DNA from: Haliotis rufescens
Lineage: Eukaryota
DNA: 64,000 nt
Direction: 5' to 3'
Assembly (NCBI RefSeq): GCF_023055435.1
Contig: NW_025963857.1
Location: forward strand, 12,896,001 to 12,960,000
In this document: positions 40,613 to 53,180 of the stretch, piece by piece
Layout: each line of letters begins with the position of its first letter
Position numbering within the stretch: position 1 is the stretch's first letter
Made by a program: the position numbers and the translations under genes
Notes under the pieces: generated by a model
Database searches by the model: none
Told to the model about the DNA's origin: nothing
The model's input: only the letters and a program-made list of their open reading frames with translations

Positions 40613-40882
40613 GTTGGTTGGTTGGTTTGTTGTTTAACGCCGCACTCAGCAATATTCCAGCTATATGACGGCGGTCTGTTAATAATCGAGTCTGGACCAG
40701 ACAATCCAGTGATTGATATCATGAGCATCGATCCACGCAATTGGGATCGATGACATATATCAACCAAGTCAGCGAGTCTGACCACCCGATCCCGTTAGTC
40801 GCCTTTTACGACAAGCATAGTCGCCTTTTACGGCAAGCATGGGTTGCTGAAGACCAATTCTACCCCGGAATCTTCACGGGTC
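40613..40882 (-). mobile_element. SINE-like family C with a target-site duplication
   Basis: Flanked by AGGAGACGTCAGGT at 40601 and 40883. Confidence 0.85.
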
Positions 40883-41179
40883 AGGAGACGTCAGGTGTTT
40901 CAACTGCTTTGACTGTTGTTTAATCCGATAGTGGGGAAGCCAAAACTCGTCCATGGTTACAAATCACTCAACTCATTGAGCTGGGTCTGCTTCAAAACGA
41001 TGTTAAGTCTCACTAGAGAGGATGAACCTGAAGCGTTTCTAATCAGGAATCAGAAGACTTGGAACCCAGCGTGCTGAAACTGTTCACCATTGAGAATGTT
41101 TTCAACTCTGTTATGAGAGATGCTGATTGTATTGGCTATGTCGCGTATGGTGAGTCGTCAATCATCCCTTATCATATCA

Positions 41180-41346
41180 GTGAGTGAGTGAGTATGGTTT
41201 AACGCCGCTTTTAGCAATATTCCAGCAATATCACGGCGGGAGACACCAGAAATGGGCTTCACACATTGTACCCATGTCGGGAATCGAACCCGGGTCTTCG
41301 GCGTGACGAGCGAACGCTTTAACCACTAGGCTACCCGACCGCCCCC
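41180..41346 (-). mobile_element. SINE family A with a target-site duplication (second copy at ~41613-41758)
   Basis: Flanked by CTTATCATATCA on both sides. Confidence 0.88.
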
Positions 41347-42419
41347 CTTATCATATCAAATATTTATATGTTTTCTTTAGCCGTGGCAGTTGAAGGTCTT
41401 CTTGATCTTGAAACATCTTCGAGACCGTCTCTCGTGTCTTCACCTCTTGAACTCCGCTGCCCACCTCTTAAAATTGGCAAAGGAAGGATCGTTATTAGAT
41501 TCAACCTTAACATGAAGGGATATTTATTCGGTGCAAGGCCGATCGACTTTCAAGTCAACGGTGGGTAACTACTGGGCACCTTGGTAACTGATACAATGTA
41601 AGAGTTTGTAATGAGTGAGTGAGTGAGTATGGTTTAACGCCGCTTTTAGCATTATTTCACCAGAAATGGGCTTCACACATTGTACCCATGTCGGGAATCG
41701 ATCCCGGGTCTTCGGCGTGACGAGCAAACGCTTGAACCACTAGGCTACCCGACCGCCCTGATTGTTTTGGAAGTTGTGAGAGATATTATGTTTAATGGCT
41801 TGAATGAAGTTCGGGTCGCCTCGTGGTCGCCAAGTCTATAATTGCATAGGCTGCCTATTGGGTATCCTCCCATTAGTTACACGTCCCATTTGTCACACAC
41901 CTTAAAACAACATTGGTCATGGCTGAAGGCACTGACTGATCTGCACTATGTTACTTAAGTATTAGAGTGGAGTGATCAAAGAAAAGTAGAAACGTAATGT
42001 TGAACTTTATGTCGGGTATGAGAACTGCATGAAGTATATTAAATAGACACTTTAGAATTAATTATTTTAAGCCGTTTAAAATTCAGGCATGAATTTTATA
42101 CTGTTTGAAATTCATGAGGCACAGCATATGAAGAGCTTCCATACTTAGAAGAATTTTCGATAATAATACATTTAATAGTTTTTAAAGGAAGAGAAGATTA
42201 ATCACATCTATAAAATGATTAGTATACAACAGTATACTACAGTAGGATGCGTATTGTGTTGAGTAGGGGTTAGCCCACAGTGTGAGAAGAAAATTGTCGG
42301 GTTTGTGGTAGTAAAAAAGACTTAGGTAATACGTCAGAATCATTTTCTGGCAAAGCACAATTCCAAGTGACCGGAAAATGTATGCGGCTGTGTACAGTGA
42401 AACAGTATATGCTGATGTT

Positions 42420-42612
42420 CCAAACGGCCATGGTCAGCAAGAAGGGGAACACAACTGATGCCCATGAAGATGCCTAGTTCGTGCCCAAATGTCTCATACA
42501 CACATTTCACTAAGGTGTTATTGGTGAGGAAGTCCATGGCCAGAATTTCACTTATTGTGTGTCCGTGGGTCTCGTAGCGACAGTCCAGGTTTGGCATATA
42601 GCGTGTCTCCAA
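42420..42612 (-). pseudogene. Possible old reverse transcriptase fragment (Penelope-like)
   Basis: MDFLTNNTLVK...GIFMGISCVPLLAD resembles the RT motif (F)LIDNIFV...GIPMGTNCAPLLAD, from recall. Confidence 0.5.
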
Positions 42613-42695
42613 CTGTCTACACCCTGCTGGGCGATCTTGGTGTCAAATGAAACCCTAAAGCGGGGCGTGTTCATATGGAGTTGGATTATTTAAAA

Positions 42696-43030
42696 CGTAC
42701 GCACAAGCACACACACACGCACGCACGAACACACACACGCACGAACACACACGTACGCACAAACACACGCACGCACGAACACACACGTACGCACAAACAC
42801 ACGCACGCACGAACACATACGTACGCACACACACGCAAGCACGAACACACGTACGCACAAACACGCACACACGCACAAACACAAGCACGCACGAACACAC
42901 GTACGCACAAACACACACACACACACAAGCAAGCATACACCCAAGCACACACACACATACGCGGATACAAATGTATGAACATACACACGCACGTATGCAC
43001 GCACACACTCACGCATTTACATACACATAC
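42696..43030. repeat. (CA)n/(CACG)n low-complexity tract
   Basis: Read directly. Confidence 0.9.
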
Positions 43031-44100
43031 AGATGCTGCAATCAACTGGGTGGAGCCATGTAATGAGACCTAAAAATCTCGACTCCTTCCTGTTGGTTCT
43101 TCCGTCGAAAAATTTGGTCATGTACTTGCTGGCTTTGCGATCGAAGGGTCATTGAAATATCAATGCTCACACACATAGCAACAAAAATCAATGTGTTAAT
43201 ATATTAAACGTTGTCAAACGATACAAAATATATCAAATACAGCCCATGCAAGTCTATAATGTTTGGCAAGTCTAGATACTGCAGTATCTGAAAATAAAGT
43301 GAGTCTCTGGGCTCCCCTTTATTATATTTTTATTAAGATAATTGAACAACTGTTTTTTCTGTACGATATGTTCATTTCAGAGACAAGATGTTAGTCTAAA
43401 TGCTCTGTATCAGGGCGTGTGTCGTGGCGCACACAAATAGGTGTTTTCCCAACCATAACATGAAATAATTATATTACTTTAACTTTTGTCTGTCCAAATT
43501 ATATGGTCAAGATAATTTCGTTTTTATTTTGAGGCTTTTAACCACACCTATTGAGGATTAATTATTTATGTCTTATATTAATGGCGGGTTATGAGTTACT
43601 AAACTCAGTATAGTCCTGTATCTGTATAAAATACTCAGCTAACCTTGGCGATGTGAGATATTCCCCTTTTTGTTTGTCAAAACACTTGCCACCTGCCTCC
43701 GTGGTGGATAGAGCGTCTGCCCGGAGACGGAAGGTCGGTGTTCGATCCCGTTAAAAGATGGTACTTGTTGTTATCCTGACTGGCACTCTGTGGGCTAGCG
43801 CACTATTATACGGCATTAGTCCGGACTAGTACAAGCGCGCGCACGCACGCACACACACATGCACGCACACCCACGCACATATGCATACGTGTCGCTTTAG
43901 ATAATCGCAATAGTCTTGAATGCGACGTTAAAACCCCCATCAACTAAACACAAGTCTTGCAACATCTCCATGCATACACGCACGATCGGCGTTTTTTCCT
44001 CGACCCTTATATCACAGGGTGGCTGTGGTTGACGGCATACCTCCGTTGAAGACTGAATGAGTTATCGTTATGCAGGGCTGCACTATTAAGAATTTATCAC

Positions 44101-44124
44101 AACGAAAATGAAAGTAGATTTCCC
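44101..44124 (+). promoter_or_regulatory. IRF-element/ISRE-like motif next to a kB-half-like site, upstream of a putative non-coding first exon (donor at 44248)
   Basis: AACGAAAATGAAAGTAGATTTCCC matches GAAANNGAAA; donor CAG|GTAAGA lies ~135 bp downstream. Confidence 0.4.
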
Positions 44125-44357
44125 AGAACACTGACGCCTGTATGTAGGTCAGATACACAGTGATAACGCCGGGAGCAGGAGACGCAGTGTGCAGACATCC
44201 TAGATTCGGACATCAGCACCCAGACACACCCCTCACGTTCCACACAGGTAAGACAAGTTTATTCAGTGTTTATGTATAATTGCTGTTATCTACGTTTGTT
44301 GGTATCCGCGACAGTGCGAGTGATAGAGGTAGGGAGGTAGAACATAGGGAGGTAGAA

Positions 44358-44500
44358 NNNNNNNNNNNNNNNNNNNNNNNNNNNNNNNNNNNNNNNNNNN
44401 NNNNNNNNNNNNNNNNNNNNNNNNNNNNNNNNNNNNNNNNNNNNNNNNNNNNNNNNNNNNNNNNNNNNNNNNNNNNNNNNNNNNNNNNNNNNNNNNNNNN
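44358..44500. other. Assembly gap
   Basis: Run of N; the equivalent U3 region (~58090-58185) holds a (GT)n tract. Confidence 1.
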
Positions 44501-45282
44501 TTTTGAAACACTAGTAGGGTGACCTCACCTCGAAGCCACTTGCATTGCTCTGTGTTACCCCAAAACAGACATTGAATAAACTTTGACAATGCAGGGGAGG
44601 CAACTCTGAGTTGGCGTCTGAAGCGAATTTCCTAAAAATCGGTGGCATGTTGTTGTTTAACGCTGCACTCAGCAACGATTGTGAACTGTGGTTTGCTCAC
44701 TTATTTCATAATTCGGGATCCGTCTCCGAATTGTATTACACATCAGTGCAAGGGAAGCATGTCTGTTTTGTGCAGTTTTTCACGGACAAGATTCAGTTCG
44801 ACCCCAAACGAGTTAGCGACCGGTCATTATATATTTTTTTCAAAGCGATTGGTGATTTTAAGTGTCATACGGTTGGAATTTTCCGAGGTAAGAGTCTGAC
44901 GCGATTCCCCCTTTTTCATTCAGTCCTCAAAGAAGACGATTACATTTGGACAGTCATTCATACAGGTAATGATAAACCTATTTTGTTTCATTCAAATACC
45001 ACTGATATTGTTACTGTTTATTATTATCATCATTATTATAATTGTTGTTGTTGCTGTTGCTATTGTTATTATAATACAGGCCAGTATATGCTACAGTCTC
45101 AAAGTTACATTGAATATTTCAAAGATGCAGTTTTGTGACCGATGAATACAGCGATCTTTAAATGTTGGCTTGTGAAGGTGTATGTCCAATGTCTCTGTTT
45201 TCAATTGATTTTTTTAATTGATTGCAAGGTGTAATTATGAGATTGTTCATGTGTTCATATCCATAGACGCAATTCGTCGACG

Positions 45283-46566
45283 ATGTCATTCATCGGGCGA
45301 GGAGGATGTCGCCACTGTGGATGTAGAGAATATGTGAAGCCACCAGAGGGAGAGAAATGTTACCACTGCAACCACGAGATGGACCTTCACGTCGTCAAAT
45401 ATCAACCACAACCAACTGGTGGGACACCAACCAGCAAGACCGGTGAATCATCTGTTCAGAACACAATGGATGCTGCCACGGTGGATGTTAGTCTGATGCA
45501 CACGGGAGAGGCGTTTGAACAAGGAGCCCCTGACGTATGTTTCGAAGAGACGTGGGAAGTCCGCGCACCGTCTGACTTGGCGCATGGAGATTTCGTCAAG
45601 CCCCATGATAGAGGTGCAGTCATCACAAAGCGAGTATCACCAATGACAGGAAAGGATGGAAATATCGGATCTAGTGAAGGTAATAGTCACTCTACTGCAG
45701 CACCAAGATCAATAGATGCGAAGCCAGACAAAGAACAGTTAAGTTCAGTTCTTAAACGAACAGCGTCTGAGATCAGTACCACAAAGAGGACACCGATAAA
45801 GGCATCCAATGTGTTCGTAGCTCCAGCACCTTACAATGGACCGGTATGTATTGGTACTTTGTAATAGATGTTTTTATGACATATCATACAAAAGCTATAA
45901 AGCTTCGACGTGTGATGATAATCTTTGAAGATGATGATCATGGTGTTGGTGGTGGATATATGATGTTTGATGATGATGAAGATGATGAAAAAAATACTAT
46001 TTTGTTTCGGAATACTTTTTTGAGGACCTTTCAAGTGATGAGTCCTTAATTCGGAGCCAACACTGTGAATCATCTTGCCCAGTCACCAAAACATGTCTTG
46101 GTCATAAACACAGTGTTTGCTTTGTTTGTAGAAACCATCTTGCTGGCGTCTTAGAATGAGCCATCTTGCCTACGGAACTGAACCCTCAGAAGCACTAAAT
46201 GGCTCATACAAAATTGCCGAGAATGGTCGGACAATCTATGTGGGCAATGCCGAAAGTGCATCAATCAGAAGAGCACTGAGGAGACATTTCAAAGGAATGG
46301 ACAAACAACACATTGGAGCATATCTAAGCACCCTACACGAAGAATACAAAGAGGAATTTATAACAGTGTTTTGGCTTGATATTACCATCAAACATGCCTG
46401 TAATTGTAGCTACCTTAAGTGTTTTGAAAGAATGGAAGGAAGAAAGCCACTGTACAACATGCAGGGCCATGCCTTCATCGCGCGACCAAAGCGAGTCGGT
46501 TCTTGTTCTGAATCTGGCCCAGATGATCACAAAATGGATACTCATGAAATCGAAAAATCGGAGTAA
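45283..46566 (+). CDS. Cys-finger + GIY-YIG-like protein, paralog 7 (exon 1 45283-45843, exon 2 46132-46566; ~331 aa)
   Basis: GRGGCRHCGCREY...CYHCNHEMDLH; donor CCG|GTATGT; acceptor TTGTAG|AAA. Exon 2 reads KPSCWRLRMSH...GSYKIAENGRTIYVG...HACNCSYLKCFERMEGRKPLYN. Confidence 0.85.
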
Positions 46567-47171
46567 AGGATACTTTGCGAACATTTTGAATTTGAATAGG
46601 GCAAATGTATTCTCATTTGCATAAGTTGTGGTTAATTACTGTTTCTTTGTCTCACCTATTATTTTCATATGACTTAGTTGAGCTGAATAAAGATATCGTC
46701 AAAAGGAAGATCGACTTCGTTATTATTGAGGTCATATATTTGACATGGCATCAAAAGGGTTGTCGTCACGTTTACTGACAATTTTGGTTATTAATATAGC
46801 CAGTCAGCTTATCAGAGTGAGTGAGTGAATTGAGTTAAACGTCGCTTTTAGCAATATCACGGCGATAGACACCAGAAATAGGTTCCACACATTGTACCCA
46901 TGTGGGGAATCGAACAAAGGGCTTCAACGTGACGAGCGAACGACAGACCATTTGTATTGGTTTAAAAGATAGGGCAATAATAAGGATATTTTTTATATAA
47001 TAATAAGTGACCAAAACAATAACCTGTCTCGAACACATACATTTACGAAAGGTGAGGGATAAGGGTGTTATATTGTGTAACATTGGTGATTTCGTCATGG
47101 CAGTCATATTGTGTGATTCATTATGCATGCTGTCGTCCATTAGTTTGTCTTGACCTGGCATGATTGGGAAC

Positions 47172-47341
47172 GGGGCGGTCGGGTAGCCTAGTGGTTTAAG
47201 CGTTCGCTCGTCACGCCGAAGACCCGGGTTCGATTCCCGACATGGGTACAATGTGCGAAGCCCATTTCTTATGTCCCCCGCCGTGATATTGCTGGAATAT
47301 TGCTAAAAGCGGCGTAAAGCCATACTCACTCACTCACTCAT
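47172..47341 (+). mobile_element. SINE family A with 13-bp TSD CATGATTGGGAAC (same insertion at 60832-61001; empty site near 37767)
   Basis: TSD visible on both sides; U1 lacks the insertion. Confidence 0.9.
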
Positions 47342-47609
47342 TCATGATTGGGAACAGGCCACAGGCAGTTATCGCCATAACATTGCTGACTGGTTGAAAC
47401 AGCATTTTACTCGGTTACATTTCTAAATGACAATATTGTTTGTGGTAAATTTAAGTATTAATGTTATTTGTTGTTTAAAGCTGCATTCAGCCCAGTTATA
47501 GTCCAGCTACATGATGGCGGCTTTTTTAAAACTGTTTTTTTTCTGTACTATTCCGAGTCGTGCTGTCTAACAAATAGCAAAACCTATTGTATTTGTTCAC
47601 GTTTCAGAC

Positions 47610-48641
47610 ATGGCAATTTTCACGGACATCAACCGAGACAAGTACGGAGTTGTTCGGGGTAGGTGTCGAGACTGCCCCGAGGACTGTCCTCAGTATTCCC
47701 TACCTGTCCTCAGACACAACTGTACATATTGCGGGTGTCCGGCGGGTCATCATGAGAGGGTGGAACCTCGACCTGAACTCATCATCAAGATGGAACCAGG
47801 GGAGGAGGGGGCAGGATCTCCGGGGCGGAGTGATGACCGACCACCACCCGGTCCGTCGAGAAGAGCCCAGCCAAGTACCCCCAGGCGAAATGAGTCGCCC
47901 ACTGGCTCACGAAATCACCAGGATACATCACGCACAGTAATCCAGGTATCATTTCAACCCGTTAACTTAGAAAGTTTTAGAAGTTAGTTTGTCATTCGTG
48001 AGGTTTCATTTTAATGTAACCTTTCCTATATGGCTTATATTGTGTAAGCATCAGTGATGGATGGAGGACATGATTTACTAACGTTTGATCTTAGCTGCGA
48101 CCGAGGCTTTGAACATAAGCACGTGCATACGTACGTTATTTGTTGTTACACCACAAACCTATGGAATGGGGGATGAAATTGACTTGATTGAACAGGTTTC
48201 TATCAGCTGCACTTTTAATATTTAACTTGTATGTTTCAGAAACGTTGTAAGACGTTATTTGAGGATGCTGGCGTCACATATTCTTATCTTCAAGAGAAAC
48301 TTACAAAAACTCAACGCGGCGTGTTTACAATCCTATGGAAGGGAAAAATAATTTATGTTGGGGAGCCAAAGAAGACGCCCCTATTAACTAACCTTCGTAG
48401 TATCTTTACTGGTGGAAGCACTCAAGATATCGGCAAATGTTTGAAAAGTTTACCCAACGATTTGAAAGAGAAGCATGTCCGAATCGCTTGGCTGACACAC
48501 ATGGATGACGACCCACACTGCCAAACGTGCAGAGAAGGCAAGAAAACGCTGCTTTCGTATCGACAGTGTGTTTCAAAACTGCAAAGCAAGAATCCAAGGG
48601 AGGTCCTCTTGGATCTCAAGACAAAATTTTCACGCCATTAG
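47610..48641 (+). CDS. Cys-finger + GIY-YIG-like protein, paralog 8 (exon 1 47610-47945, exon 2 48240-48641; ~245 aa)
   Basis: Same architecture as paralog 6; donor CAG|GTATCA, acceptor TTTCAG|AAA; intact frames. Confidence 0.85.
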
Positions 48642-49233
48642 AATCAAAATGTTTCTCGTGTTTCAACTGACCACAAATTGTAGTGTTTAGTTTGAAACCT
48701 TTCTAATCCTGGCATCGTCTATGTATTTGTATGTCACTTTATCTCAACAGTCTGTAGCATAATTGTAGTTTTAAGGATTTTCTGGGAAAATATATTTTTG
48801 GGTAAAATCCCAACTCCCCAGTATGCAACAAACCACTCAGGGTATAGCAGAAGATTATGATGTTTGAACATGTATTTGGGTGAAGGAAAATGTCACATCT
48901 CAAAGTTCCTTTACCTTTCAAAGCTCTATTTACAAGACATTTCTACATATCTTGTGATAAGAACATTATAATGCTGGGCAGAATGTGAATTAGAATCACC
49001 TCATCATATTTTGTGTGATCCCCATTTAGGTGGCCTAGCTTTGGTTGCCCGTGGTATACTGTTTTACTGTTCTTTGTCGACAGGAAATTAAAAATAATTA
49101 ACTTGTTTTCATCGCAATATGGCTGCAATATTGCCGATGCGATGTAAAATTTTATATATGATAAAACCTGAGGCAAAGGAAATACGAGAGTATCCAGTAA
49201 TTTAATATGTACTGTTTCCCTACTTTTGAACTA

Positions 49234-49408
49234 CAGTAAACTACGGTTATAACGAACTCAAAGGGACTACCAATTTTAGTTCGTTATAACCGTAATTCGT
49301 TATCAGCATATATACAGCATAACTATAGCATATAGTCGGGACTAAAAAGTTAGTTCGTTATATCCGTTAGTTCGTTATAAGCGTGTTCGTTATAACCGTA
49401 GTTTACTG
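49234..49408. mobile_element. 175-bp MITE with TA flanks
   Basis: CAGTAAACTACGGTTATAACGAAC...GTTCGTTATAACCGTAGTTTACTG form perfect TIRs. Confidence 0.9.
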
Positions 49409-49922
49409 TATGCCTGTGAGTATGTGTTATGAGTAGATGCCCGAACGCGAATAATCCCGAAGGCGTACGTGGTACTTAAAATATCAATCACTGGTTCATC
49501 TGGTTCTGAATCGGTTATCTACGACCGCCGTCATATTGACGTATACGATTTACATTTGACTTAATCATTATCGTTATCATGACGTCTCAGGCAGCATAAT
49601 AAGTACAGGTTGCTAAACAATCGCATCCGAGGTATTTACTGCCTTCCTGTACACAGTATGCTGTGTTTTATATGTTAATACTTTAGACTAGTATATGTTT
49701 GACATTATCTTTTGCACTTTGCATATGTTTTTTTTGTTCTCATAAATAACATATTTTACAGAAAACACATGGTCTTATCATAACTTGTTTTATAAAACAT
49801 ATTTCTTTCAAACTTATATTCAAATAAAATTTGCTCGGAGACTGTCATCTTTATTCCTGGGGGCACTGTTGCTGAAATTACAGTAGCCTCATACTTCGAC
49901 AGCGAAAAAGACAAACATAATT

Positions 49923-50089
49923 AGTGAGTGAGTGAGTATGGTTTTACGCAGTTTTTAGCAATATTCCAGCAATATCACGGCGAGTGACACCAGAAATGGG
50001 CTACACACATTGTACCCATGTTGGGAATCGAACCTGGGTCTTCGGCGTGAAGAGCGAACGCTTTAACCACTAGGCTACCCGACCGCCCC
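49923..50089 (-). mobile_element. SINE family A (counterpart at 63502-63668)
   Basis: Matches the family consensus; flanked by CAAACAT(A/G)A. Confidence 0.85.
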
Positions 50090-50176
50090 ACAAACATAAA
50101 TAGGAAAGCAAGGCGGAACAATGAGTACTTGTACTGGAGCACGGGAAAGCCAGTACCGTGGATCATGAGATCGACA

Positions 50177-50437
50177 GATCCGGGGTAGAAAAGGTCTTCA
50201 GCAACCCATGCTTGCCGTAAAAAGGTGACTATGCTTGTCATAAGAGGCGACTAACGAGATTGGATGGTCAGACTCGCTGACTTGGTTGATACATGTCATC
50301 CTATCTCATTTGCGTGGATCGATGTTCATGATGTCAATCACTGGATTGTCTGGCCCATACGCTATTATTTACAGACCGCCGTCATATAGCTGGAATTGTG
50401 CTGAGTGCGGCGTTAAACAAACAAACAAACAAACAAA
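50177..50437 (+). mobile_element. SINE-like family C (counterpart at 63756->64000)
   Basis: GATCCGGGGTAGAA...(AAAC)n tail. Confidence 0.8.
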
Positions 50438-51151
50438 CATTAGATTGACTCTTCAGCAGCTTCTGCTCTGCATCGACATCTAGGGGTCAAATACTGCCCT
50501 CATGACCTTATATGGGCAGTGAAGTTTCTGTACTCACGACACAGCCATATAGGCAAAACAGTTCCTTCACTCATGAGCAAACTATATCAGCAAAGCAATG
50601 CATGTACTATTGATCCAACTATGTAGCCTGTGTCCACCGAAGTTAAATGCATTTCATTATGCCTTGAATTTTTCGTTTGTCATTATCATGCTCCCAAAGG
50701 TTCAGCTATCTAAACCTCGTGGTTCTTGTGAACAAAACCTTTTTGGTGACATTTGCATCTTTTAATGTTTTCGGCAAAATAAAATAAATGAAATTCGAAT
50801 GATTTGAAAGTATGATGTCATCAAATGAAGAAGCATACATGCCAAAATATCGCTTCCACAATCCGACAGAGGATGGTATTTACACACCCGAAAATGCAAA
50901 TGTCAAAATATATAATATAACGAAAAACGGGATATATATGTTTTTGTTGAATCCGACTACTACACTCTAAACGTCATTACTTTTTGAGTAAAGAGCATAC
51001 AAATGGGTTTTCAATATGGCTTTACGTGTCCAGTAATTTAAAAGGGATAAAATCAGGGCGTGACCGAAATATGCATTTAGATAACATTACGCTTCACTAG
51101 TCAGTCAAGACATGTGATTTGTTTGTTAGATCATTCATTATTATTCACAGA

Positions 51152-51700
51152 TTAATATGAAAAATGCAGCAAAGAGGGTTTGGGTGATCCTGGCACAGTC
51201 AGGCTGGTTAAGCTCATCATCAGCTCAGGGCCCTTGCTCCCTCTACACGCAGCCCAGATAGCGAATGGGACTCCTCCCAGGAAGCGCTGCCTAGTCAAAC
51301 CCACCCAGAACTTTTGGAGAACGTGAAGACTCCCCAACACTGCAGCCTTCTGCATTACCCAGAATGTAAGAAGGGCTGTATTCCTGGTAGAAAACCCGAG
51401 TCGGACAACTTGGTACTTGGGATGCAAACGTGACATTCCGAAAGCGAGGTCCGCACATTTGCCATGTTTTTCCTGAATCCTGTCAATCACATTAACGTCA
51501 ATGATAGAAATGATTTGATTGGATTTATCAAAAAGGACAAGATCAGGTTTGTTGGCTTGGATACGTCTGAGGCTGTGAACGGACCTATTCCAAAGAATTT
51601 TGTATTTATCTTTTTCCATGACCCGCCCTCTACATATTCCGGGTCGTACCATGGGTGTATCAAAACCACAAGCATTGCGAAGACGGTAAGAAAATGATCG
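51152..51700 (-). pseudogene. Non-LTR retrotransposon 3' fragment with a restriction-like endonuclease (R4/Dong-like)
   Basis: KILWNRSV...IQANKPDLVLFDK...IID and MQKAAVLGSLHVLQK are typical of RLE-clade C-termini. Confidence 0.75.
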
Positions 51701-51865
51701 AACTTAAGATACTGTATTCTATATTTACAGACCGCCGTCATATAGCTGGAATATTGCTGAGTGCGATGTTAAACAACAAACAAGCAAACTAGCAAACAAA
51801 CAAACGTTGCATATTCTACATTTCATATACTGAACAACAAAAGGTCTTGTGACATTGAATAAGAT

Positions 51866-52907
51866 TTAATGCAAGGTTATGTTTTTTACTAAATCTGAAA
51901 CAATTTCGGTTTGCAACAGATAAAGGACTCCTGTAAGTTCAAATGGTTTAATTTGCCATACTGACTTCAGAAAATGCGTGATTTCATAAAAAAAACCATG
52001 AACATGCACGATGCAAGCAACACATCTTCGTCTCATGGAATGGACCAGGCGTCGCACAAAGTCCTGTGGGATATCTGTCCATATCTGCTGGAGCATGTTT
52101 CGAAGTTCCTGGAGTGTCTGTGGAACACGTGGTTGACGTCGAAGGCGCCGATCCATCTCATCCAACATGTGCTCGGTTGGTGAGAGATCAGGGGAGCGAG
52201 CTGGCCAGGGGATGACATTCGCGTTGTTTTTGTTGAAGAGAATCCTGAACAAGTCGAGCAATTGAGGCCGGGCGTTGTCATGTTGAAAGGTAATGCCTGA
52301 GCCATGACGACGCAAAAACGATAGAACAACAGGGCCGAAGATCTGGTCGCAGTAGCACCGTCCATTGAGATTTCCCTCTACCACTATCAAACGGGTCCTC
52401 TGTCTTGCTGTAATCACACCCCATACCATAACTCTGCCGCCCCCGAACCGATCTTCTTCCATGCCACAATGATTGACGTAACGTTCACCTCGACGTCGGT
52501 ACACTCGAATCCGTCCATCGCTGTGGCTGAGGGGAAAACGAGACTCGTCAGTGAATAGAACTTGTCCCCACTGAATGGCCGTCCAGCGTAGACGCTGTCT
52601 GCACCACTGTAGACGAGCTTGAAAGATATTCTTCGAAGGCCAGGGATGCTTCTTGCAGTCACTGTTGCTGGCTGGAATCGATTTCGTAGGTGTGTTGTTC
52701 GAATCCAGTTGTCTGTCGATTATTGGTTACGCGTGGCCTGCCACTCCGAGGATGGTCTCTGACTACATTCGTCTGTTGCCAACGTTGCCATAAACACCAA
52801 ATGGTGTTTCTGTGGATGTTAAATTGTCTTACAACATCACGTTGACTCGATCCTGCTTCAAGCATACCAATGGCTCGCAGACGCTCATTTTGGGACAGGC
52901 GTGGCAT
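51866..52907 (-). mobile_element. Decayed Tc1-like transposase
   Basis: MPRLSQNERLRAIGML, RSGRPRVT, GGGRVMVWG, FQHDNARP, WPARSPDLSPTEH, SMRRRC; frameshifted. Confidence 0.9.
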
Positions 52908-53180
52908 TTCGTAATGTTGAAGAATTGCGTAATTTTGTTGTTTTTCTGAGTGGTTGTTGTCAGCACGATGCTAAACAATGCATATGGAATCCCGTTAACG
53001 CACATGTTTTTATACTTATTCTTGGGTAGTGAAATGCATGGGGCTTGCATAAAAGTCAACTTTTGCATGGAATGCATGCTTTTCTGTAGCAGTTGCATTT
53101 TTGTGACATGATTCCATACATGTACTACAATATTGAAAACCAAACTTTACTTGTTTGAAAAAGACACTAAAATATTGGTG

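Larger units (their letters stand above)
40130..41480 (-). mobile_element. Decayed mariner transposase interrupted by two SINEs
   Basis: Manual minus-strand translation gives WAAEFKR, LEDVSRSRRPSTAT, ARWVPSLL, VTMDEFW, PSAGKV..FFW.SKGV..MEYLPKGQTIKGLYY, FHQDNA and SPDLA. Confidence 0.85.
43278..50437 (+). repeat. Two-gene duplication unit U2 (U3 = 57021->64000; older U1 = ~36212-40090)
   Basis: ACTGCAGTATCTGAAAAT starts both U2 and U3, offset 13743. Genes, SINEs and MITE are colinear. Confidence 0.9.

Noticed and set aside
42655-43073. Cys/Val- and His/Thr-rich ORFs (also at 8160-8640, 16458-17179, 54057-54305)
   Set aside because: Translations of (GT)n/(CA)n tracts.
44611-45138. 175-aa ORF, identical at 58295-58822
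   Set aside because: Non-ATG start, includes a SINE tail fragment and microsatellite-derived YYYHH/CCCCC. The identity reflects the recent duplication; likely intron or 5' region.
47172-47250. tRNA gene-like sequences (SINE A and B heads)
   Set aside because: They continue into a SINE body with a simple-repeat tail and TSDs, and I could not form a complete acceptor stem.
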